A stretch of 64,000 nucleotides of DNA from Bugula neritina (Eukaryota; Animalia; Bryozoa): assembly GCA_964035545.1 (NCBI GenBank), contig OZ037766.1, positions 16,730,722 through 16,794,721 on the forward strand. The letters run 5' to 3'. Under the pieces are notes generated by a model. It saw nothing but the letters and a program-made list of their open reading frames with translations. It searched no databases and was not told the origin of the DNA. Positions 13,001-24,000 of the stretch are shown piece after piece. Positions within the stretch are counted from its first letter, which is position 1; every line of letters begins with the position of its first letter. Made by a program: the position numbers and the translations under genes.

Positions 13001-16000
13001 CCAGAGCAGCTTAGCTATATCAAGTGTACACTGTATTTATCGGCAAAAACTCACCATCTAATTTTTTAGAAAAGCTAACAACTAGCATCAAAGAACCCTG
13101 GAAACAGTCATAAACTAATTGAGCAAATGTTGGATCAGGTATTCCAGGCACTACCATCTTTTCATCCTAAAAGCAAGAGAGTATATTTAGTCAAATCAAC
13201 TGTGTGAAAATTTCAGATTTTAGAAAACAGAGAATGTGTATTTTATATAGAGCATAAGACAGAAGTTGGATTGGCATTTCCAAACAAGCATGTTCGTCCC
13301 CTCTTCTTCATGATGACATAAAAATAAGCATTTTATTTAAAAAATGGCTATTAACTTGCTTATATTTCACATATATATTTCATTCTGTCAGGAAATTAAA
13401 CGTGATAGGAGTGAAAGCAGAAAGTCTTTTGACTGAAGTAAAGTTAAAAACTATTCAAAGATCTCCTCACCAAACTCTCTAGTCTATACATCTGGTACTT
13501 ACAACATGGTAACTTCTAACAATGGTAACTTAGCAGACTCACAGTGATAATTTGATAGTAGTCTTTACGAAACGTGCTGAACAGAGAGGATATCTGCTGT
13601 ATCCTCAAACTCGCACTCCTTGGTAGAGGACACGAACTGAGAGCTGATGGTTTTGGGCAATTTATTGAGAGGTCCATCGGATGCTCCGCCTTGTCACTAT
13701 GGACTGAATCGGAAGAGTTACAAGCAGCAGGTAGAGGTGACTGAAAGGGGTGAGTTATGTTTGAAGAATGCCGAGTGCTACCATAGAGAAGATCCGTGTC
13801 AACTACATCCAGCGGTGCAGACGTCGGTGACAAAGTACATGTGTACCCGGATGGTCGGGTCATCGAGTACACAGCAGTACTCGAGGTTGAGTAGTCTGTA
13901 GTTGAGGAAGTCATGCACACTGGAGAGAGTGAGTTGAGATGAGTGACAGGGGATGATGATGAATAACTCAAAGAGGGCCTGCGTAAATACTCGGCAGAAG
14001 GCGCTTCTAGTTGACTTGCAGAAGAAGGCATAACAACTTCTAACGTTTTGCTATTGACTCCATTCTGAAATATTACACTTCGTATATTAGATACATTAAC
14101 ACAAAACTGGAATTATAGAACTATGTTGCGCTTGCTTCATACCATATGATTGTATAATGGTTAATGCTACAAAAATCAATTTAATACTTAAAATACTACT
14201 GATTAAAATGCAAAAGTAAGTGCTAATTTACTAATAGTTCATGATAATGTGCAAAACTTACTAGATTGGAAGAGTCAATTTCAGCTTGAGACATATTTTC
14301 TGCTGATATGTTTTTCATAATTCTTGCATAACGAACATTATTAGGAAGCCGACCAATTCTCGATGCTGGGAAATAAAATTAAACATTAAAAGTTCAAGTT
14401 TAGGTAACCTTACGTACTCACTAACTTGCACAGAACAGTGATTCAACAGTCCTTAACTTTTAAGCAAAAAACATACGAAATAAAAATGACAAATAATCAG
14501 TCGGTAACTTTATGTATGAATATAACCGTAACAAAATTTCCAAATCAACAGAAGTGATCAATTATGGATTTAAAAAAATTAAATGAAAACTTGAAACTTA
14601 ACCTAGTTGAATTAAACTTAATTAATTGCCGGTTGTCCATAAATAAATACAAGTTTGCACTGCAGCCAGTTCAGTTGGAGAAGTATGCTTAGTATAAAGT
14701 TCATCGGTTACTTCATTTCAATTTTGCACAGTTGTCTCCTCTTAGATGAGCATACATTTAGAACTTGTCTTTTTTTAATCATGTTCTTCATTCATTGTAA
14801 AGAAAAGTAGAGCGCAATCACTTTGTTCAATCTTATGGCCACAATCAATTCATGAAAGGGTTCTGAGGAATAATCTGCACTGGAGGTAGGCATGATATCA
14901 ACCCTTATAGTGAAAACTATAACTCTGATTAAGAGTACTGTAATAACATGATGCTATATTTACAGAGAGACTGTAAACTGTCAATGGAGAAGAGTAACAA
15001 AACCCAGTAACTATTTATCTATATATTATTACTGTATTGTTGTTAGGACTGTGATAGAAAACATCGGAATTCTCACTCTGTATCTTGCAGATTGAGCAGC
15101 ACTTATTTAGCCGTCACAAACTGACAGCCAATTGGCCAAACACAGTACCTTGTTTTGACATGCCAACTTTGAGACATTTTTGCAGACGACAAGCTCTGCA
15201 TTGAGATCTAGACATCATGTTGATAGGACAATTACCACCAGCCTGACAAATTAAACGCTCTGGCTTACAGTTTCCATTTTGAGTTCGTCGTCTGAAGAAA
15301 CCCTGTTAAATATATGTAGACATGACAAGTAAATGCCAACAAGGGTATACTACAGCTAAACTGACGGGGTCTCTGCATGACTTACAGAAACATTCACTCT
15401 AATACATTACTTTTCACTATGGCCATACGGTTGGATGCCCTTGTTTAACTTACATACCAACAGAATAGTCAACTAGGGTAAATTGAAGTGACCAACAGTT
15501 ATCTATTACCTCATTCAATAGACAAATTCTAGTATCAAGCACGTTAAAAACTAAAAACAAAGATTGTGAAAATTTTCAACATGTGATTTTGATAGGAAAT
15601 GTTGTAAATTCACCACTTAGCAAGCAAGTTCCTTAAGCTTGAGTAGTATTTCATTTGAATCTCGAGTAGCAGAGATGGTGTGTTACCACCTAAAGAAACC
15701 TCACCTTACAGCCTTCACAAGTAAGCACTCCAAAGTTGAAGCCTGAGGATGGAGATCCACAAACCCTGCAAGTCAGCTGCTTGATATTATGTGTGTCCAG
15801 TAGTCCTTTGCCTACAACAAACAGTGCACATGCTGCAACCTGCCAACTACTCACGCACACACTTTAAATTCATGTCTTGGAAATTTTTATCAGGGGCAGT
15901 TTTAAAAATAAAGTGTTAAAGAAGTTTAAATTTGTCCGTAGGCAAACTTTTGAGCATTGATACTTATCTAACCATTGAATCAACTAAACATAACACAAAG

Positions 16001-18957
16001 TCAGAATGGCTAAAAAAGTAAATGACAAACATAAGAGAACTAGAGTATAATTGGGTGATGTGATGAAGGTGCTAAGCCAACAGTTACATAATGTAAACAA
16101 TGATTATAATCATCTCTTATAGGTTTTAAATGACTGGAGTGCAGTTTAATTCATAACAAATTTAATTATCTTTTTAGATCCCATCCCACCATTAATTTCA
16201 GATAATTACTAATGAGTTGTGTATACATGATAGCTGGACTAAAGGACTGATTTATTTGGAGTTGTCCTTAATTATAAAAGCAAATTTCATAAGAATAGAG
16301 TATAGGCCCATAGGCACATGTGGTATTTTGTTTGATGCAATCCGAAAGAGCGTCTATTCCAACAATGTTAATGCTAAATGTGTGACTATCAGGTTTTTCT
16401 CTAAGCTGATGAGAGCTAATTGAAAACTATTGAAAACTATAGAAAACATACGATGAAGTCAATTTGCATGGGTACGCAACTCTAAAGTTGTACTAGAGTT
16501 GCAGTTAGGATATTCCTGCAGATTGGACTGTCACATTGAAAGAGACTAGATGGCACTACTTAAAGAAATATATACACTAGTTCAACAGATGACCCAATTA
16601 GGTTCAGCTACCATCTTAATTTGTATAACAGGAGAAAATTAAATCTATCAACTGTTCAATCCTGAGGAAGTTTAGAATAAGCTGAACTACAACATATTTG
16701 GTGATCTATCTACTAACCAGGAGATTCCATGCCGATGGCCAGACACTTCTGGAACCTGCAGTATGGACAGGAAGTTCTAGTGGCCTTCACTATGAGACAT
16801 GAATTCTTATTGGTTCGATTTGTACAGATGTAGGCACCATTAGAGCGCTTACAGCTTCTAGAGTAGAACTTCTTACAGGCTTCACAGACAAAGGCTCCCC
16901 AGTAAAAACCAATAGACGTGTCTCCACATATTTGACACGACTCCTTGAAGGATTCTAAAGAGGAGCATAACATTACTGTGATAATAAACAGTGTCTTGAG
17001 TTGAGCTGCAGTCAAAGCTATGGCGCCTAGTTGCCTCACAAACTTGGCAATGTACCAAGATCCTTCATCAAAACTGTATTACATAATAGGAAATTAAATC
17101 AAGATAACATAATGGCTCTCTGTGACAATGCTGGGTTCTTTTTACCATACAATAATGTTTTAGATACTCTCTCATACAGCATCCGGTGGATGATATTGTA
17201 GGCATATACAGGATTGACTGTCCCTTGGAGTAATATGCTGCTTAACTGATACAGCCTACAAGCTGTGCAACAGGAAGTTTTGGGATATTACAGAACTGCC
17301 AACATCTTTCATAACTTCATAATATTACTATCAATTGAACATTGATTAGGTTGAGTCCTTAAATTAAGCATCATTGTAAACTCTGGCTAGCGAGTTCAAA
17401 ATTCAATATTAAAAAAATACAACTAGATTATGAGAAGATGCAATCTAGTGTTAATTTAAGTCAACATTCAGAATTAGAATGTGTAGGGATATGAATTTAC
17501 ACCCTTAATTAGACTCTCTAGCAGCTAGGTGTTTACAGTGGATTTATACTCTAAACAAACCAACGGACGGAGAAAACAACTGCAGCAGCAAAACCAAATC
17601 ATAAGGAGGAGTACGCAGAAGGATGAAATAAATTCTGAAATACTTAAAAAAAACTGATTTATGATGGTAGTGAGTTGAGAGGTTATATGGCGCCCTTGCA
17701 TAATGTAACCTACCACCTAATAATTTTGTAGAAGACGAGTTTATTTCTCTCAGAACAACTAAGCTGCTTTATGGATGTAAGGTGCGGGCATTTCATGTTG
17801 TAGAAGTTACTAACAAATCTTGGAAAGAATATGAGGCAGTGGAATATAATGCATCAAGTTAAATGTGGGATAAATGCCAGACTTTTGATAGAAATTTATA
17901 TGGATGAAAGCTGCAAATGAAAGAGTCTGACTAATAAGCATGATGTGAACATAATTTAAAATGGCTATTTCCCGCTTCAACCAAAATTTTAATGGCGATA
18001 CCACGCATATTCATATTGATGGTCAACCATGTCTCTCACTTCCTTTTCTACAGTAGAATATAACTACACCAACTATGTTGTTTACCTAATTTGTTATTCT
18101 GCGGTATTGTGGGACTTGGCTGGTTTACACCTGGTGATGTCATCGGAAGAGTTGATTGAAAACTGCAGTTGGCATCAACTTCTGAGTCTAAAATGCATTC
18201 AGTATGTTATAGTTGTACTAATACTTATGAAGGTCATGAACAAACTAAAGTATAGCATTCTACATACACGTGCCAATTCATATACCTCCTCTAGTTTGAA
18301 ATAAAGCTAGAAGTAGTGAAAAGTATAATCTTTCGTAGGCTTTTGGCAAGACTTGGCCAAAGTATGACTGTCAGTTTTATTGCAATGTAACTGGCTTGAG
18401 AATGGTGCTAAATCTACGTTTTTCAGATGTTTTGCAGTCAAATATGCTAAATTAACATATTCTATAAACAGCTTTTGAGAGTAGCTGAAGGAAATACATT
18501 CAACTTTATGAAACTTGCAGAAACGCTTGAGCAACTGTACAGAGGCTATAATAAGCCAACTATTGGAGAAAGAAAGCAGGCAGACATGGCCAGCATAATT
18601 AGTATATATATAGAGATGTAAGCCAAAGATGTTAACTCCTGCAGGTATCACATGTAGTTGTTTACCTGCGGCACATTCCTGACCTAGTTTACTGGGTTCA
18701 ATGGGAGAATGATTTTCTCTCCAGCTGCTGGAGTTGTTCTGCACATTGGAGGGTGGCTGCATGGAGTCATCACTGTTCTCATCAAATGAGAGGGGAAACG
18801 GAGCTAAAGGAGTTAAGTCTGCAGCCTCTGTTTTTATAACCTGTGATTCAGTAGAAGGAGGGACCAACCGCTGATTATTGGTTGGAAAATATTCACTTGT
18901 CATCTCCCCTGCATATCTGTTCATAAATATAGTTTGCAATTTCTTAGGTAAATCCAT
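10049..18957 (-). CDS. 2DBD-NR: Nuclear receptor with two tandem DNA-binding domains (2DBD-NR; A/B-DBD1-DBD2-hinge-LBD), about 703 aa
   Basis: Eleven coding exons with GT-AG boundaries and consistent phases: 18957-18666, 16954-16718 (DBD1), 15811-15705 and 15302-15149 (DBD2), 14365-14262 (ASRIGRLPN C-terminal extension), 14064-13543 (S/T/P-rich hinge), 13166-13055 (H3 VVSFSKKLDG), 11892-11714 (FMQLHLEDRILLTK), 11269-11167 (SDEELGLLAVL), 10715-10632, 10266-10049 (AF-2 IPQLYKEMF, stop TGA). Total 2112 nt, open throughout. The start ATG (18957) is tentative; in-frame ATGs also occur at 18921 and 18903. Confidence 0.93.
11536..11645. repeat. 28-bp tandem repeat (3 copies plus a degenerate one) in a 2DBD-NR intron
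   Basis: caagttattgtattagttctag(t/c)actac starting at 11536, 11564 and 11592. Confidence 0.9.
15149..15811 (-). CDS. 2DBD-NR second C4 zinc-finger DBD (P-box CEGCKG), two exons 15811-15705 and 15302-15149
   Basis: CRVCGSPSSGFNFGVLTCEGCK | GFFRRRTQNGNCKPERLICQAGGNCPINMMSRSQCRACRLQKCLKVGMSKQ. The phase-0 intron falls at the K|G position commonly seen in NR genes. Not in the ORF track because the exons are short. Confidence 0.95.
16718..16954 (-). CDS. 2DBD-NR exon encoding the complete first C4 zinc-finger DBD (P-box CEACKK)
   Basis: CQICGDTSIGFYWGAFVCEACKKFYSRSCKRSNGAYICTNRTNKNSCLIVKATRTSCPYCRFQKCLAIGMESP; 237 nt, phase 1 at both ends. Confidence 0.95.
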
Positions 18958-20747
18958 CACGGTGAAGTAGTCAAAGGATTGCCCTTATGGAATACAGGCT
19001 ATTTCAGCAGTTAGACAGCAAGCGGGATGAATTCTTTGGCTTTGGGCTGTTTCAAAGTCCAGAGAAATTAGAGTGGAAGCTCATATAAATCAGCATTTCA
19101 TTTCTGTAACAGGAAATATCATTAAAATCAAATTAATTTAAAAACCATTTATATTACATATATAAGCTGATGGCAACATTGTTTAGCTGTAAATAATAAT
19201 ATTAATGCACCATTAGTTCGGCAGATGACAGGGTAATACCATCTCCACAGAAAACTCATTGAGTAGTCTACACACTTATATAATAATATATTTAGGGATA
19301 TTACAATACACAACTTAAATATTTTTTATACTTGAGCCATATCTCACTGCAAGTAATGGATCACGTTGGAGCTCAACAAAAACACATGAAAGTGTTGATT
19401 TAATAAACCCAGCCTAGTCACTCCTTCCTTTTGCCAAGAAGTCAGTGTGTGAAAACATATGACACATAACAACTATATTTATTGTCTTTAGTTCACAGTT
19501 TAAGCAAATATTTTATAACAATGCAGGTGGCAGCTGTATAGACAGCACAACCTAGCAATGAAGATTACAGAGTTGGATTACAAGAGTTAACAGGCTGAGT
19601 TGCCAGTGTTGAGTCCAGCTACAGCCTGGGCAAATTGAAAAGCTACTTCCCTTAAGTTTGAGCTCCAGGAAAAAGATGTTTGTGAAAAATAAAAAAACTA
19701 AGCTAAACAAAATAATATTCTTGTAAAAACAGTAGATATAAGTTACTACTTTTATTTATGGGTGGAGACTGAACATTTGGCTTGGTGGAGCTAAGACTCT
19801 GGAAAAAGATTATGTATGCGTTAAGTTAGGGATCAACATAATCAGTAATTTATAATGCCAGTAAAGTGGACGTCAATAGCCTAAATCTGATAAAAGTAAC
19901 ATCTTTTCAACAATATCTATTAATCATATTTGAACGTAAGAGGGCATGTATCTTAGAGAGCAATTCATGGAATATTTCTCGATTTCTAATCATAAATTTA
20001 TTTTATGCCACATAAAGTTTTCAACTAAATTTATTTTTACTTGAAACAATAAAAAGCTGCATAAATTACTGCTGATTAAAGAACGGACATTTCAAACATA
20101 ATATTATAAGCCTTTAATAGAAAATATTTTAATTTACCAGAAATTACTAGAAATGAAAGTTTGGTGCAAGCTTCCCTGATCCCTGAGAGCATTTTGGTGA
20201 AATGTCAGATTGCAACATCTCAAACATGGTAAAACAAAAAAGTGGCATGCCATACACGAACAATCCCTTAGCATTGAATTACTAATTGACTTTAGAGTTG
20301 AATAAATTATTCAACTCTAAAGGCAATGTCAATTTGATTTGTCCCTAAAGCTGTATATAATTTTGCTGAGCAGTTCCAGTCTCTTTCAGTCGAACCAATT
20401 CTAGTGGCAAAGCACTTTATCATGTCAGTATGACATCATTGGCCCACCAGCATTACTTATTTCTATAGCGTTGATATAATTATTGGAACTTTTGGATTGA
20501 AAAGGTATTAGTTCTCTGTTTCTGCCCTCTTTACCTGCAGAGGTGAGCACAGCTAGAATAAACACCATCCAGTACCGACATAGCTCTGCCCACTGTTCTG
20601 TACATGTATTGAGGTACAGTTGCGGTGGATTAACTTTGTAAGTATTACTTAGTTCTAACAGAAAATCACACCAACAAAATCACTCCATTAACAAGAAAGA
20701 GTGATTGATGATTGTTATTAAGGGGAGGTACAGGTTAGACAGATAAT

Positions 20748-21040
20748 AGTTATAGAGAGGAGGGTATTTATAGAGAAGAGGGTAGTTATAGAGAGGAGGG
20801 TAGTTATAGAGAGGAGGGTAGTTATAGAGAGGAGGGTAGTTATAGAGAAGGGTAGTTATAGAGAGGAGGGTAGTTATAGAGAAGGGTAGTTATAGAGAGG
20901 AGTTATAGAGAGGAGGGTAGTAGTAGAGAGGAGGGTAGATATAGAAAGGAGGGTAGATATAGAGAGGAAGGTAATTATAGAGATGAGGGTAGTTATATTG
21001 ATGAGGGTAGTTATAGAGAGGAGGGTAGCTATAGAGAGGT
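20748..21040. repeat. 18-bp purine-rich minisatellite (agggtagttatagagagg)n, about 16 copies
   Basis: Direct reading; it produces the ISTLLS-repeat pseudo-ORF 20874..21251. Confidence 0.95.
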
Positions 21041-24000
21041 GAGAAATTCTAGATTTCTCTGGTCTTCTGCACACCACAAGATATGATTTACATTTTTTCA
21101 ACTGCATAGGTACAAAATTAGCTAATAACATTGCGCTCTTCATAACAAAATATAGGCAGCGGCAGAGGTAGGTACAGATTTGTAGCTTTTTTGGATTAGT
21201 ACAAGTCATAGTAGAAGATTGTAGCATGATATAATAATTAATAGATGACACAACCCAACTTACACCCCAGCACTTTGCTAAAAATCAGACACCTATGCAG
21301 AGCAAAACTGTAAACTTCTGCAGCTGAGTGCAGTGGTATTGTTTAGATGCAGTAAATCTTTATGAATTGTGGAATTAGGAATATCATTAGTTTTTCAGCA
21401 CAACTTTTTTCTTACTTCTCTATTACTGCATCTACCTTAACTAGAGTGGGTGGAGGAGATCACAATACATAGACGCAACTCATCTCTAAAATGATATAAG
21501 CTAGCAAATTTAGTAAATAATGTAATAAATAACCTGACATATTCTTAATGTTGGGTTGTATAAATGATTATCCCTTACAATCTCGGTGGCCAAAGTAGAC
21601 CAACCCATTCAAGCAGAGCATAGAAAGTCAATTCTTCCCATTATAAATCACACAATTTGTTACACTCACCCCATGAATGTTTCAGCAGCCTTTTGAGGGC
21701 AAGAAGATGACTGATAGTGAGTAAAGTCCGAGCACCACCTAGTGACGTTGCACGCCTTACATCTGGCTACTAAATAATCCACAGTCACTATACCATAACT
21801 ATATAATAAGCATGAGTAATTGTAATGAGGAAACGTTCATATCCTGCTTTCGTGATGAATTGCTTTTCAGTCAATAGACAATTTATAAGCTCTTTAACAA
21901 TGTTAGTGCCTGTAACCTATAAACCACAGGCTATGCAAGAGAACACAGCTATCCCTTAGCTAACTGACCACAACAATGTCAAATAAAATGCATATATATA
22001 TATTTAGCAAGTAGCCTTTGACTTGCGAAATAATTGTTTCCCCACGTGAATGTGTATTTTGCAAGCAGGACCTGTACTCGACTGATGGCATCCAAACTGC
22101 TATTAAATACACAATATATCATTAATAACTGCTATGATATTGAAGTAGTAAAGGCACTTAGAACAATATAATTGTTATGGATAAGTAATACATGCAGATC
22201 TGGCACACTCCAGTACACACCAACTGATGGTATACCTACACTTATATTAACTGGGTTACATACTTCACCACACCAAACATGCCAATTACACTAAAATTGC
22301 CATTTCTAAGACTAGCCACATTTATAGTAGACTATTTAAGCAAATTGTGAATCCCAAAAAGTTAAAAATTGCCGTTTCTTGCAGCTATTATACACCAACC
22401 TCTTTTCACAGCACAGATCTCAGTGGCGGGTAGGTGGGGGGGGGGGGGGGTTATTTTTAGATTGAATATTTTCTACGACTTCTTGCTGCTTTTTCTTATA
22501 AAACTGCAACATATTAAATAAAATTAGCTTGCCAAACCATTGCTAGTCAACTGAAAATAATTTGTTATACCTAATTGCCCTAAATACAACGATGGGCTCA
22601 ATTTTGTTTCAACAACTTACTGCAGCATTGAACATTACAATATATTAGTACACTATCCTACACTGCCGGCAGTTGAAACAGGTAATTCACATCTTGTAGC
22701 ACAAATATGGAAAACGGATTTCTTACTGGTAGCATAACATTTCCATGGCTGCAAAGTTTTTTGCAGGCAGCCAACTTTTTTAACTTTGTATGTGCTGTTC
22801 AGCCTAGAGCTGAGTAGACGGACTGGCTGTGATCAACCAAATCCAAACTTTGATCTATTTTTTTCGTTTTGTACTGACTAAGAAGGTTATGCAACTTGCA
22901 AGAGCTCATAAAATGAGTAAGCAACTCCAAAAATAAGAACCAATCATTCAAGTAAAATAATATTTATGCTGCCTCCAGCAGATATTCTCTTCATAAGAAA
23001 GCATACATCAGTGTTTAGTGTGAATGTTGATCAAAGTTAGCAGCAAAAAATTTTTTTCATAGAGTGCAACTAACTCTAGGTTTAAAATGAACTATAGTGG
23101 AAAAATTTAGAAATTTTAAAATTGAATAGGGTTTTTTACATGAAACCAACAACACATATTTTTGTAACTTATGAAAGATGTTAAATCTGTTTGGGGGGAG
23201 GGGGGGGCATTACTCATACCGCACACTGTTATACTGTTACTGGTAAACAGCACAAATAAAATTGAATATCAGATGATAAATTTGTATTGGAGTTAAGCTA
23301 CACTGATAACTTTCAATTAGTTGAAAAGTTTAAGATATACAGAAAATGTACAATGGTTTGCATGTAAATGCGCATAAGCCATTTTCTCCCCAATTTAACA
23401 GTCTAAAATAGATACATTACATAATAATTTAATTTATAAATATAATCATATAACATATACCAACTCAAGTTAGTAATTTGATGTTTAATAATAGATTCTT
23501 GGGCTCTTTTGGTAAACAAACTGGTGTAGCTTTCCACATTCAGCTACAACGGCAAAAATCGAAAGGGCATTTTACCAAACTTTAACCGGCACCTTCTTAT
23601 GTTATTTGTCTTAAAGATCATAAATGTGAGGTAATCCTCAGAATTGATGTATTGATGAATATATGATAAGGTTTAAGCCAAATAATCTATTTCCACTTGT
23701 ATTCATCTTGACACAAAGTATGGTGACGTTAATGGGATGCAAAGGGGTTTCTTTTTAAAACCCGGAATACAATGAGGCCCGCACTCTGACTTTGAAAGCA
23801 CAATGATATAGAGAAGCTAATTTGGCAGAGGAGATGATTTCATCATTTAATAGCAATTTTAAACAATCTCAGTAAAACATTATTGCTAGCATGAATCTCA
23901 TAAGAACAACCCTTTTAAAAATTTCTTGTCATGTCATGCTTGGTAAGCTATTCAATCTGCTTTTCCAAAGGTCAAATGGGGTTACACAGAATGAAAAACC

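Noticed and set aside
16955-18665. Possible third DBD exon (Cys-rich ORF 17525..17716)
   Set aside because: No CxxC-x13-CxxC spacing or P-box; it looks like intronic noise.
20874-21251. 125-aa ORF with ISTLLS repeats
   Set aside because: Product of the 18-bp minisatellite.
22425-22450. Poly-G tracts (also near 23192 and 31633) as G-quadruplexes
   Set aside because: Simple homopolymers with no supporting context.
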